A stretch of 64,000 bases of DNA from the NCBI GenBank assembly GCA_965112155.1, contig OZ218100.1. One strand, written 5' to 3'. The position numbers and the translations under genes are program-made. Positions 25,606 to 39,800 of the stretch are shown here, piece after piece. This DNA is from Podarcis liolepis (taxonomy: Eukaryota). Below the pieces are notes generated by a model. That model searched no databases. It worked only from the letters and a program-made list of their open reading frames with translations, and had not been told where the DNA came from. Numbering within the stretch: position 1 is the stretch's first letter; each line of letters begins with the position of its first letter.

Positions 25606-26509
25606 TAGTTAGTTGTAAACTCTGTTCTTGTAACCTTGCTTGTTTAAAATAGGCACTGTGCTTCCACCCAAGGGCTTATAAAAATAAAATCCTGTGTGAT
25701 CTGTGACTAGATTAAGAAAGCATAAATCTCCCTTTTAGATCCAAACTACAGTTTTATAAAGGAGATGCATGGTCGTACATTACAAAAGCCTAGAATTTAT
25801 TTTGTGAAAACAAGTAATTTGGACAGCTGTATCTAGACTTCTTTGTTACTTAACCTAACAAGGTAAGAATAAATTAGGCTGCATCCATAATAACCATCTG
25901 CTTGTGCAACAGAGCTTCCAATTTCTCTCCTCTCACCTCCCGAGCTCCCAAAAATTGATCCATAGGGTTCCCCAACTCTCTGGAACAGATTTGGGGGGCT
26001 CTGTTGTGATGTCATAATGTAGACCATAATCTTCATATCACTGTTTACCTTACAAAAAAAGGATTTTTTTTTACTACTGAATACAGTACTTTGCACATTA
26101 CCATTAAGATACTTAGCAGGGTGTGCTCAACGGTACACCTCAATGTTTTGCATTTATAGATGCCATTCAGTCTAATACATGGCAGCAGGACTAGAGAAGA
26201 CGGTAGTCTGAATCTCTCAATAGCTGATGGCAGTCAGAGTACAAGTACCAACAGTGTGACTTTCAGAACTTAGCAATTACTGAAATATGATTTCAAGCAC
26301 TAGAATTTATTGGACAAAACACTGGTCTTCAGCTTCTAAACGGACACATGAATTCAAGTTTGGCTTAAATTACTCTTTCAATATGTGGTTTTTAAATGTA
26401 AAATAGAATGTCAGACTTTCCTCCAAGAATCCTTATAGCTTAGACTTAAACATACAGCGTTAATAATGTTTCTTATGACATGCGTTGGACCTGCAAATGA
26501 AAGTCTCAT

Positions 26510-27828
26510 GTCATTTTAGAATTTTCACATCTTTATTCCACTGAAGACTGAAAACATGAAGATATCCAAATGGTAAAGTTATTTATCTGAAGAAAACCCA
26601 CGGAAAATACTATTTTACAAACTGGGGAAAAGATTGATACATTTGGTAGCTGGATCAATATTGCCATGAGTTTTCTGGCCGACACTTTCACGAGATGTCA
26701 GTGAGTCTTCCTCTAATGTTCCTGCAGTAATAATGTCATTTCGTTATACACACTGCTTAAATGTTATAAATCGATAGCATCTAGTGCTTTACATAAGACT
26801 ATGTTTATTATGCATGTAAACTCTGGGGGGGGGGAACACTGAAACATGCTTGTGTTAAAAGGTAACTTTTTCACTACAATTTACCTCTTTCTGTCGTACG
26901 CCTAAAGGTTTGGAATGTAGGACAAGTCTTCTTGTAAGAAAAGTATGCAGAAGGTCAAGCTACTTTTAGTGCTGTTGCACAAACAGTTGAGGCATTTCCC
27001 CATTAGCAGTAAGGGTATGTGGACGGAGAAACGTAGCACCTGTTAAGCTACAGCTCTACTTGTCAGATCTAGATCAGTTCAGAAGAGAACTCCCATCGTG
27101 TTCTAGAAATGTGAATGTATGAGAGAATTAATAAGATCCCAACACTGACTTGCATAATGTCCTATTTGCACTCATTTTTCAGAAAATGGGATACAAAAGA
27201 TAGCAAAGTACTCAGGTTCTCAAACGTGATCAATAGCAAGCTTTGTGAAAACAGATTGCAAATCCTTAATCTTGCAGTGCTGTTCAAATGCTGAGACATT
27301 TGGTGGCTGCGTTAAACAAATTATTAGTCTCCCACCCCAAATCAGTCAAAGTAATATTATGCTGCAATTTAAACATAAGCCACACAAATAAAAAGTTCAC
27401 TAACTCCATCATAGAATTGATCTTTAGTACTGATTTATTTTAAAACGCTGCCTCAAGATTTAGATGTGCAGACCTAAGTTTTACTTTAGAATAAACACAG
27501 CTGTGGAAGGGGCAATGAAATACAACTTTCAGGGTTCTCACCATATATTCTGGACAAAGCAAAGTTACACTGCTTATAACAATCAGTAAACATTTTAAAA
27601 AGTTGCTCATGACAAATAGTATTGTACTTTTTCTACTTGCTTTTGTATAATCATCAACAGTTACTATTTAGTGAGATTGCAAAAGAACAAAAAACAAAAA
27701 CTAAACTAAACTACTCTCCAACAATAAAATTTAAGTAAAATGCTTACATTCATTTGAAGACAAGTCATATTATAATGCTGTGTAGATAGCACATAGATGT
27801 TTTCAGCTGTAGTTCATCTTCAAATTTA
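26510..27828 (-). other. BCLAF1: BCLAF1 3'UTR; candidate polyA signals AATAAA at 27439-27434 and 26537-26532
   Basis: Repeat-free AT-rich sequence following the stop codon; minus-strand AATAAA hexamers. The true 3' end is not determinable from sequence alone. Confidence 0.55.
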
Positions 27829-27834
27829 CTATTC
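27829..27834 (-). CDS. BCLAF1: BCLAF1 exon 13 coding part (E, then stop)
   Basis: TTTTTGCACAG|GAA TAG TAA. Confidence 0.9.
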   Translation of the reverse strand, partial: E

Positions 27835-30800
27835 CTGTGCAAAAAGAGATGAAAATGTTTGCACTATTTACACGTTGGGTTTTTAAGCCATTTAAAGTTA
27901 AAATTAGAATTCATAGAGCAATAAAGGAGTTCATAAACCAGAACCACTTACTTTTTCTTCTTTGCGTCTCTCCTTGTCTTCATTTTCCATTGTTTCTTCT
28001 TCATCTTCCACAAGCCCATCCCCTTGGTATTTGTCATGTGTCCACTTTGGACTGCTACCTGATTTTTTGAAGTTGAATCTTCCTCTGCTACGCTGGAAAG
28101 TGCCACGACCTCTTCCTCTTTTAGCCCAGTAATCTACACCATCATCTCTGTCATCATGCTAGAGTAAAACATGGATTAACAATGGAAAATTAAGCACATA
28201 ACACACTTTATTTGGAAAAGTTTAAACCGCCTGCTTCACATAGCTAAAAACTGTAGCTGAGTCATTTGTTCTTGATGTTCTGAAGCATACAGACATACAA
28301 AATTGCCCGATATCAAGTTAGAATATTGGGTCCATCAAACTCAGCATTGTCCATTTGGACTGGAAAACTTGTGCAAAACTATGTCTTGGGTAGAGGCATC
28401 TCCCAGAGCTGCTACCAAAGTTCCCTTAACTGGAGATGCCAGTGATTAAATTTAGTGTGTTAGATATACAAAGCATATGCTGTGCCACTGATCTAAGGGC
28501 CCTCATCGATTTGAAGGAACACAGAACAGATTATTCATAGTTTTAGGTGCAACAAAATATCTTAGTCATTTGCACAGGCTTCTAAACTTCTGCTTGTCTG
28601 ATTCAATATAAATTGTCTATGTTTCAATTATCTATACTACACCCTCGGGTTTACCAGTACTAATTGATGGAATGCAAAAATGTATGGGAAGAAACAGTAA
28701 ATAATGGGTTAATATACATATTTTCTGAAAAGTCACATGGCAGATTTTGCTACATCAAAAAAATCAAAGAAAACTAACCATCATTCATCATTCTCTCAAT
28801 TTCCAATGTTGAGGAATGAGTGTGGTTGCAACTATAACTTATATAGTCAAAACGCAGAGGAACTCCCAAGATTTGCAGAAGTACAAAAAACCAGAATAAA
28901 GTGGAGGATTCCCAAAACAGCCCAATTAGGGCTAGGTATGTACAATGCCTACAAAATGTTGGCTGACTGCTGGAGGAGGGGGAAAGGGGAACAAGCACTG
29001 TTAACATTTTGTTGCAGATCACACTTACATTACATTTTTGGATTTTCATCTATAAAAATCTGCCAAGTGAGCAATCAGAAAGATTTTACACAGAAATGCA
29101 AGTTCCCAATATTGACATAGTGTAGACCATGTAACAGAACACAGGACAGACAAGGCTATTCAGATATAGTCTTGACTTTCTTCCCAATGCAAACAGGCTA
29201 AAAACAAGGAATTGCAAAGCCCAAATTACTTTGGATAGACGACAGGACTTCAGTGGCTTCCTTGAATGGATGCTTTTACTTTCCCTCCAATAAATGAATT
29301 GCTACTGGAAATGCTATACTCTGGGGGCAACCCTTTGGGGGATAAACTTGCCCATTACCTGACACTGGACGACCAGGCTAACACTGATAGGGAAGGCATA
29401 AATAACTCTCTTTTGCCTCATAAAAGCAGCACAAGGTTATGGTGCAGGTAAAGTTTGTTGTAAACATCCCCCCCCCCAAAAAAAAACACCTGGGTCTAAG
29501 GGGCATCAGGAGAGAATACAATGCAAAAATGTGCTTTTCTTTCTAGTCATATATTGACCAAAGGCTTTGGGTCAGGGAATCATTTATAACTTCCTCAGGG
29601 CCTAAAAGGTACTTGGGGGAGGCGGTTGGGGTGAACAGGAGGGGCAAAATTTTAATGTTTATTCAACTGAAACCAGTGGTGCAGTTACTATCGGTTTCTC
29701 TCACAGTCTTATGCAAGCCGAACACCTTACAGTTGCAGGTATTACAACTGTGAAATCTGCTATAGAATAAGGTATTTACAACTTTGTATTGCAGGAGTAA
29801 GTCAGGCACCCCCAAACTCGGCCCTCCAGCTGTTTTGGAACTACAACTCCCATCATCCCTAGCTAACAGGACCTGTGGTCAGGAATGATGGGAATTGTAG
29901 TCCCAAAACATTTGGAGAGCCGAGTTTGGGGACGCCTATTGTAAGTGCTAGACTTTCTTTCCTTTTCTCTTCACAACTGACAAGCAAGAGGTTGTGCAAA
30001 AAGACCTGTCTTCTACCGCTAGTCATTTCTTATCAGCCTACGTAGATGGATATAAAAGCAAGTATGCGCTCTAATGCTCCCCCTATAGGACTCTTAAGAT
30101 TCTTCAAATGATAGAAGATGCTTTAGATATTGCCTACATAAATTTGCTTATAAGACAAGCTTTGAGAAAAGATGCATGCATAATAGTATGGCACCCACCA
30201 AGAAGTATTTCTTGCTTTTTGGGGTATATTCAGGATCCCATTCCTCCTCCTTCGGTCTCTTTTGAAAAGTAGTGTTTGAGTTGCTGGGACCAGTATTTGT
30301 TCCAGCAAACACGCCTCTGGCTCTTCCTCTGCCCCTAATTCGAAACTGATTAACCAAAGCATTTATGCATTTAATTTGTTTACACAAAGCAAATGATAAA
30401 TTCCTAATGCATGAACTAATATGCTTTGTTATCATTCATCAGATAATACCACACACAAATGAAGTGGCTTATGGATCAATCTACAGAATTTAACAGCCAC
30501 TTTAAGGTAATGGCATTCTAGCTAGCAGAAGAGCGTTTACATTTTTTTTTAAAGGGGCGTATCCAAGATAACACTTTGAAAAAGTAGTATATGATAGTGA
30601 TAAATTTCTAATGTCTAGTATTCCACGGAAAACACAAAATTCAGCATTTTTTGCTGATGCTTCTAGTTCTCCAAAGAAGCAGCTTAAAAGCCTAGCTTTG
30701 AAGGATGGAGAAATTAAACACATGTGTTCGGGAGTTACTGTTCTCTTACTGCACATTACAATGAACAATCAAAGTCTGGTAGTCTAGAATATTCAACATA

Positions 30801-33800
30801 AAAAGCAAGAAAGGAGAAAAGGTAAGAGACATGGAAAGAGCCTAGATTTTTAAAAATGCATTTTAACTGAAATAGCACAACAGAGATGTAATAGGAAAAA
30901 TACTGTCAAGTAACTTAAAAGAAGTAGCATTAAAAAAACAGTCTTGGCCTGTTTCTAGTTGCTGGCATGGCAAGACCCACAGTTCTGTCCAAGTCATAGC
31001 TGCCTTTCAATGTTTCATACACTATCCTATATAGAAGGCTCATTTATAACAGGAACTATATGGCACAATATTACTTACACCAAAAACATTAAATGATTAT
31101 AACTAAGGTATAAACCACATTAAGTAACTAATTTGAAGATCTTGGAAAATGGACTTTGGTAACATTTCTGAAAAGATAAAAAGATTGTGGTGTAGTGTTG
31201 AGGCAGATGTGGAGGAGCAACTGCTATAAGGAAGAAAAGAATAGGTTGCCTGAAGCTTAGGTTCTTAAAATTACATACTTACATTTATATTAAGTATGTA
31301 AATTCTAAGTCTAATATATAACATGGGGATACAGAATTTGCATACAGGATTGCATGCTTGGGCAAGTGCGTTGTATTACCCTTTAAGTCCACTCACATCA
31401 TGTGAAGAAAACAAACCAAATTATTGAGCGCACATTAAGAGTCTGCTGAAAGACCAGCAACTTCTAGCTCTTCTTTCCCAAATCTTTCAATTCCAGGTGG
31501 TCATTACAAGAAGCTCAAGTGCATGAGCTTGTTTCCTCGCCCCCCTTCAAACCCCTTTTGCTTCTGTGTGTCTCTCTTTTGATCTAAAGCCCAAGGGCAA
31601 GGACTACCTTTTTGATGATTTTTGTAAGTCACACAAGAGCCGTTTTTTTCTGCATGAAGAGCAGAATAAAAATACTTTAAAGAAATAAAAGAAAGCACCA
31701 CTAAATCATCTCTCTCTAATATACTTATTTGCCACCAAGTAATAGTGTTTCTTAAAATTTAAAACTGGATACACCCTCAATAATGATAACCAGTCCCAAT
31801 TCCATCTTCCCATTTAAACTACTAAAGCTGTTAAAATGTTGCTTTATATTTCACAGCATACATGTCATTCCATAACAAGAATGTTATATATCCCTTTATT
31901 GTTGATTATATTCTTGTGTAACTTCTTAGGTCAGTTTTTACAAATATTGGTTGCTCATAGTCCAATTGAACATAACAATTTCTTGTAATTCTTTAAAATA
32001 CTTAGCCCTAGTTTAGGTACCCTTGATAAACTATAATATTTTACTATTAAGAATTTAGCTATCCTACTCTATTCTGAAACAATGAAACCAAAAGCACAGC
32101 AAAGAAGAGACCCAACAACAAGCCAACTCTGGGTTATTTAAATCTTGCAATTTTAAGGGCCTCAGGATTTTGGCATTTGCAATTAACAGGCATTACTTAA
32201 CTGTGACTACGTGTCACACAAAACCAACACCTTACTAGTGAATTTTGGGTTGGGTATAAGTAATCCATTGTTCGATTTGGCCTGCAATGAGATGTAGGCA
32301 GTAAAACTGCATCTTGCTCCTCCCCATAATGAACTCTCTCATCCCATTTTAAAGCACATGATACTATCCAGAGTGCAATGAACTTTAGCTCAATACAAAT
32401 AAGGCAACTGCTTTAAAATTGTATACACCTGTCTCTCATGCCAATCTCAAATAATGGATGAATTGGCTCCTTATTTGTCACTGAACATGAAAGCCCAGAT
32501 GGCACTGTTTCCTCTTGTAGTCACGCATTACTCTGATTAATTTGGTCCCTCCTGCTCAACACTGCTCATGATTAAAAAGAGACTAGAACTACAAAAAAGC
32601 AAAACAAAGAATATGGAAAAAGGAATACACACAGCAGAAAAACTTACTCCTTAATTATCATCAACAAGGTAGAATATTCTGTGAGAAAATTCACAATCAA
32701 CTTTTCAAACACTTAAAATCATGACTACCAAGCATATGTGCAAGCTAATGGTAGAACGCAATAGGAAATACCGCAGGTGTGACTAGATGTTTATTGTGCA
32801 TATTTTTATTATTTTAAGCCAAAAAAGATAAATATATCCCTATCTAGGATAGGATTTTATATATTTCCTCCTTGCAAGCTACATTTCCAGCAGGAACTTC
32901 TTCAAAATGAACTTCCATAATATTTCACATAAAACAACTAAATCCTAATAATTTGAATGCAGTTATTATAATTATGACATTTAAAAAAAATGAGGAAAAG
33001 TATGGTAGAAACTCACAAATGTGCCTCTAGGTCTTCCAACTCCTGTAAAACCTGGGTATTCTTTCTGCTCGTGATGGGGTTTAAATTCTTCATCTCTTTC
33101 TTTCTTGCTGTCCTTTTCTTCTCGGGAACTGGATGAGGAGGAAGATGGGGAGGAAGTTGAGGAAGATCGAGAACGGTCTTGCTCTCTTTTTTGTTTACTG
33201 AAAAATAAGAAACCATACTGTTTGCTGTAGCATCCTATACATAGGATTTATTTTCTGTGCCCATAGAAGCTATCCACTTTTCTTGTTTGAATCTAACGTG
33301 CAGTATTATTACACTATCCAGTTTCCATCTATAACTCTTTAACAGCTAATGGCTCATGAGCACCTAACAAGGAGAACCTATTAGCCAGCAAACTAATTTA
33401 AATATATATGCATGCTTTACAATGGAAGAGAGAATAAAAGGTAGGGGAAAATTCTAAAGTGATACTATTTCATTTATTTTGTACATCTTACCAAGAAGCA
33501 AAAATTGATATTGCCTTTTTGCTATATAAACCCAGGGTGCAGAAATAATCAGCAACTGATGGTTGTATGGACATCAGTGTAAGAAAGTAAACAGAAAGTG
33601 CAAGTAAATCCATGATTATGTAAGTAAGAGCAGGAAAATATGATCTTCACATTCAATTTTCCCAAAGCAAATACATTTGGCATTGATTTTACTGTTTTTA
33701 TAGAATATAATACAAATCCCCAAAGGTAGATATACCTGAAGTAATTCTTATCACTGCTACAAGTTCACATTGAGTAAGTTGCTTTATTAAAGACTAACCT

Positions 33801-36800
33801 GTTTCTCTGAGCCCACTATCTGTCTTGAGGGGGGGAAATAACTCTCACCCCCCCTTTCCCACATTACGCCTACATGTCAGTAAANNNNNNNNNNNNNNNN
33901 NNNNNNNNNNNNNNNNNNNNNNNNNNNNNNNNNNNNNNNNNNNNNNNNNNNNNNNNNNNNNNNNNNNNNNNNNNNNNNNNNNNNNNNNNNNNNNNNNNNN
34001 NNNNNNNNNNNNNNNNNNNNNNNNNNNNNNNNNNNNNNNNNNNNNNNNNNNNNNNNNNNNNNNNNNNNNNNNNNNNNNNNNNNNNNNNNNNNNNNNNNNN
34101 NNNNNNNNNNNNNNNNNNNNNNNNNNNNNNNNNNNNNNNNNNNNNNNNNNNNNNNNNNGTACAGTGATAACTGAAAGCAATTAAGCTTATAATTACAAAA
34201 GTCTAATTAGAAACTAAAAGCCTGGTTATGGGAGCTAAGCCTTTTACCTGTCATCTTTGTAAGATTTATAATCCTTGTAATCCTTTGGAATTTTCTCCTG
34301 CTTCCTTGATCCACTGGATTCCCTGGAACCTTTAGAGTCTCCTCGTTCTTTACTTCTTTCTTTTCTACGACGGTCGATGTCATGTCGAAGATCTGCAGCA
34401 TCACACTTTAATTTTTTATCTCCCTGGATCAGAAATGTGCAGTGTTTTAGTATTAAAAACCCTTAAGAGAATGAAATAGGAAATCAACCTCTTTGCATGC
34501 AATCCTATACACACTTTCCTGTAAGTAAATCATAATGAACCTAGTGGGAATGCATCTAAATAAACAGGCATAGGATTCCATTGTTACCCAGCTATGTAAG
34601 CGATATTCCCTTTCCCAATAGTTCTTTTGCACATTTAGTAGAATGATCTTTCACAGAAGAGAGTAAACTTGCTTGAATTGGGACTGAAAAGTTACTCTTA
34701 CAAAAAGAAAGCAGACCTGAAAGAAGCTTTCAAGTATTATCCAGGAACAAAACTTCAATATAACAACATCTTTAACAATTACTAGGACAGTCTAAAGAAA
34801 AGCTTATTTTACATCCTTTGTGGATAACATTGGTAATTAATGGATTGAAGCCAGAGATAGGATACCACTCGTGAAACAGGGCTTTCTGGATATCACACCC
34901 CCACCCACCCCCACTTAAAAGGGGAAAAAACTGCTCCTGAGAGTGAAAGACTTTAGTGCGACTGGCAAATTCGAGAATTAAGCAAATTCGGAGAATCCAT
35001 TGTCTATTTTTCTAAGAACAAAAAGTACAGTAATCCTTTTGTGTCAAAGTGATAAAATGTCACAATTAGATTACACAAAACTGGTCCACTGCATCCTTCG
35101 AAAATGATCAGAACTAGGTCAGACCTATTATCACTTAAGACATAAAATGATAAAAGCAGAATTTGTAAAACATGCCTCTGGGATAAAGGGCTTGGATGCT
35201 TTAAACCAAAACTAAAATTAAGAATATCAATTTAGAACCTACTTTCTGAGTTTCTTCTTTAAAGGCTCTCTCTTCTCCCGCTAAACGGGTATGCTTCCTC
35301 AGGGCACTTGGAGAGATGTCAATCCTCCTAAATGCAAGATTTTTAAAAGTAATAATTATGGCTGCCAACATTCATCTCTGTCAAGTGGAAAACTGGAAAC
35401 ACAAAAGAAGAAGTGCCATTGTGCAGTCTAAAATTGAACCCATTTAAAAAGTACAGATACATCTCAAGAATAAAACCCATAGACCTACCAGTCAAATCAA
35501 AATAGCAACAGCTACACATTTCCACGAAGTTAAACCAACAGCAGTATTCAAAAACCACATAATGCAACATTTTCTTTCAGGGGCAATTTCAAACTAGAAA
35601 ATTCAAATGCCTTTTTACATTAACAATACACAGACATAGCAACTCCACACAGAGAAAAACAAAACCTGTAGTTCATTTGACAGGTATCATCATTCACTTA
35701 AACACACATAGCTAGAGTTAGGGAGTAATGTTTTATATCCTATTTAACTTTTTGCAAACTTAGGCCTTGAGTCAAAGAGCTGTATATCAGAGAAAGCCCC
35801 AGTGAGAATTCCAATTCTCTTTGAGCAATTGCACTGTATGTACTTTTGTAACTACATACAGTTTGTGATACAGTACAGAGTATAGCTATGGGGAAAGCAC
35901 ATATAGTTCCCTTTGCTCTTTGTATCCTGGCCATAAAGTTTCGGACCCCCTCCCCGACAGGCCCAGCCCATCCATTAGCTATACTGAGACCTTCTCTTCA
36001 GATGGCAGACTGAGAAGAGCATATTCACACACTGTCCCTCAGTCTGGTCATCCTTCTATTTAGCACTCAAGGAGTTCCTACAAGGCTTTTAACTGGAACT
36101 GGGTCACCCAGCCTTGTTCAAAGGAAGAGTAAGCAGTTTAAAGTTTAAAAGTAGTACACTGTTAAATTTAAAAGGTATTTGCTGGCTGCCATGGTGTCAA
36201 AGCAAAGACAAAGACACCCTTCAGAGCCACCTGGCCCACAATGCCTCTGTCTGCAATGATCCTATGTTCTCTAGAATTCTTCATTAGAGTGAAGCACTGC
36301 CAAGTAGGAAGCCCTGGAGAGAGCTCATCCATGCTGCTGCCACTGATGCAGCAAAAAAGACCAAAAGGAGTAGGCAGTAGATCAGTGCATGGGAATGGTA
36401 CACTGGGAAGCAGTGCTGGCTGTGCCCTCAGGTACCAGGAAATTTTGTGCTGGTCCTGCCAATATACACAATTACCATTTAAACTGAATGAAGCACTTAT
36501 TGATTTACTTACAATATTTCTATACTGCCCATCAACAAAAAATTCTCTGGGCAGTTTACATATAGAAGTTAAGCTATGAAATGTAAAAATAGAAGAAAGA
36601 CATAAAATATTAATCAATTAAAACAGCATCAGAAAACAACAATAGTGCACAGAACTTAAAAATACACTAAATCTAAACGACGTTTGAAAATAAAAAAGTA
36701 TTCATTTGGCACCAAAAAGACCACAACCTTTTTGGAGATAACATTCTACAACTGGGGCCTCACCACTAAAAAGGCCCTCTACCCAGTGGCCATCCACCTC

Positions 36801-39800
36801 ACCTCATTGGATGGGAGCACCTACAGACAGACCCCTGAATATGATCTTGGGGTCCAGGTACATCTACACGGGAGGAGACTATCTTCAGTCAATACCAACA
36901 CTGGGCCCAGAAATTGACTAGGAGTCAGTGCAGTTAACAAAGCATCGGTGTTCTTTTTGCCCTATTTTAAACCAGCTGGATTTTTTGGACTGTTTTCTAA
37001 GGCAACTCCATATATATCTCTTTGTGGTATTCCTATTGCTTGCCTTTCTGAACTGCACTGTAAATAGGCCTTTATACATCTGGAAAGGTTCAGCTAATTA
37101 ACACTGTGAATACAGTGGTGAACATAATTTTTTAATTTAGCAGCAACACTCCCACAGAATAATCTCAATATAGTGATCAGGTCTCAGCACAAGTCTTCAT
37201 TTCTCTGCACTTAAGCTGCCCTGTCTCCCTCACCATAACCATAATAATATCCCGCTTCTTCCCCAGAAACAGGTACCAGTATAGCTATATACCAAATGCT
37301 GCCCAGGTTCTGCTATGGAGAAGGACACCTGGGCACTATGATGTCAACTGCCAAGTCATCTCCATATTCTACAGAGCAACTAAGGCTTCAACAGCAGTGC
37401 CAAACATACCAGAAGTCCTACAGAGCCCCATTTCAATAGGTCTCCATCCATTCACAGGGGGGAAATCTAAACCTCAAGAGGAAGTAACCATGACAAGGGA
37501 TTCATATTAAATTCCCCACTTTCAGATCTCCAACCTCCTGCCTTTTTGAAAGAAAGAAAAACCCAGTCAGGAGTGTGTCCTATTACAGAAACATTTTCAA
37601 TTCATGAAACATTTTCTATTATTACCAGACTTTAACAATTAAGTATGTATCACAACTGATCTGGCAATTTCCCCCAATAATTTCTTCTCCATTCCTGCTC
37701 CATATCTATTTTAGATAAGGAACTTATTGGTTCACTAAGAAGTTATTTATCTTTTGGAGAGTAACTAGTATTTCAGCTAGGCAAGAAGCAGAGAAAACTA
37801 TGTAATACTGCACCTGTGTATTTCAGGACTCTTTTGCCGGGTGCTATGTTCTTCAGTAGACTTCTGATAAGCAGTGAACCTCTCACTTAGGGTCATTCCA
37901 GCTGACTTGAAATATTGTTCTGTTGGTTGCAGAGGACAAATACTGTCTAATTTCACTACACACACACACACATATATATCATACCAAACAAGGATGTAAA
38001 AGAAGCAAATGAATTCTTAAAATATACAAGACACAAAAATAACAGTTGTTCCCACATCTTTCTTAAAGTACAGCAACAGGTAACCATTGTATTTTACAAT
38101 TTTCTCTACACATACACACTGCCCAGTACCACTACTAATTCAAAAAACGTAACTTTTTAATGCCGGAGACAGTTCTTTTTACCAAACATTTTTGCTTTGT
38201 GCCCAGAAGAGCAGAATACATTGCTGTATTTGTAGAGGAAAATATTACAAATTTAAAGAGAGCTTCTTTGGTTATTTAATTAATTGATACATATAGAGCT
38301 AAGTGTTCTTCATTAATGATGTAACCCTACACACGTTTATATTAGAGTAAGCCCTCTTAAATTCACTCGGACTTATTTCTAAGTAAACATATATAAGATA
38401 AAGATATGGGAGGTTTTTTTCTTAAAAGAAACACAACTTCTTCTTTTCAGACCAGAATGAAGACCTTAACAGCTGAATATATTTAAACATCTGGCATCTT
38501 GGCAAACTTGGTAGCATATTTAAAAGTTTCCTTTTTTTAACCCAAGACCATTAAATTAGTAACACACATTACGTTTTGAAAGACCAGTTCAACAGATGTT
38601 TGAATGTAAATGTAAAATAGAAACACGTGTAAAATTATAACGGACTGTTAAATGCTACAAATAAAGCAAGCTATCCGCTTAACAGGTCAATGTACATCTG
38701 TATCAACTTACCGCCCAACATCCAGCACATCTCTCATAACCAATCATTAAAACTTGATATGGCCACTACAAGGGTAGTGCCTCAATCATAATTCCATCAA
38801 ACACAGGAATTTGAGCTAGCAACTCAGTTTTTGTGCCATTTTTGCCAGGAAGATAGAAGGTTCAACTTTGCCTGTTTGTGCATCTGTTATCTTTCAACAG
38901 CTATTTTACTTTTGTAATATGGATTTTGCCATTTCAAAACACATTCCAGGACCTAGTTGCAATGAAAAAGAAAATATCACTGGGCATTTTCAGCTCTAGG
39001 AAAGTGAAGAGCTGTTTAGTCTAGCTGCATTGCACCAATAATGTAAAATTACTACTACGCTTTTACCAAAACTCGATCCACAGGTTTTGTTTTGTTTTTT
39101 CAAGTGTGTAAAAAGATTTAAATACCTTTGGAAACAAATTATGATTTAGACACAGCACTAATTTGGTCACAGATTAGTGATATCTGGTCAAATTGTGTAT
39201 TTTATATATTCACTGGAACCATTCAATTTAAATGATCTCTTTAGGTAGCATAATGTCAGGGATTTCATAATTTGGTAAAACATTTTCTGGGTAGGGAAGC
39301 TTATTAAGATTTATTTTGCAGTTCTCAAATTGGCATGAATAAAAAATGTTTAGAAGATCAGGTGACAACCACAGTCGATGTACAAATATAACACGAGACA
39401 TACAGAAATGTAACTTTCTATCTAGGCCAAGATAAATACTTCATTCTAAGGGTGACATCCAATGATGTACACCCACTTGCATAAAGAAAATCTGCTTATG
39501 CAATATGACTACTGGTTTCTCTTCTCCACCCTCCAGCTCCTTGCAGCTCCAAAATCTGCTCAAGGGTCCCCCAACTCGCCAGGGCAGATTTGGGGGCATG
39601 CAAAGGAGAGAAGGAGAAGAAGCTGGCTTGTTACGGGAACAAATTCTGGCTCTTGCCATGTTGGATCTCATCCTATAGTAGGCAAAAAAATCAATTGTTT
39701 GCTCCTCCCTTGATGAACAATTAGCAACATCTAAGTTAGTACAGTGAGAGAAATAAAAGCATAAGAAAATGAATTTTTAGTAACTTTATTATAATATTGT

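Noticed and set aside
33825-34184. ORFs containing long X runs
   Set aside because: They span the N gap.
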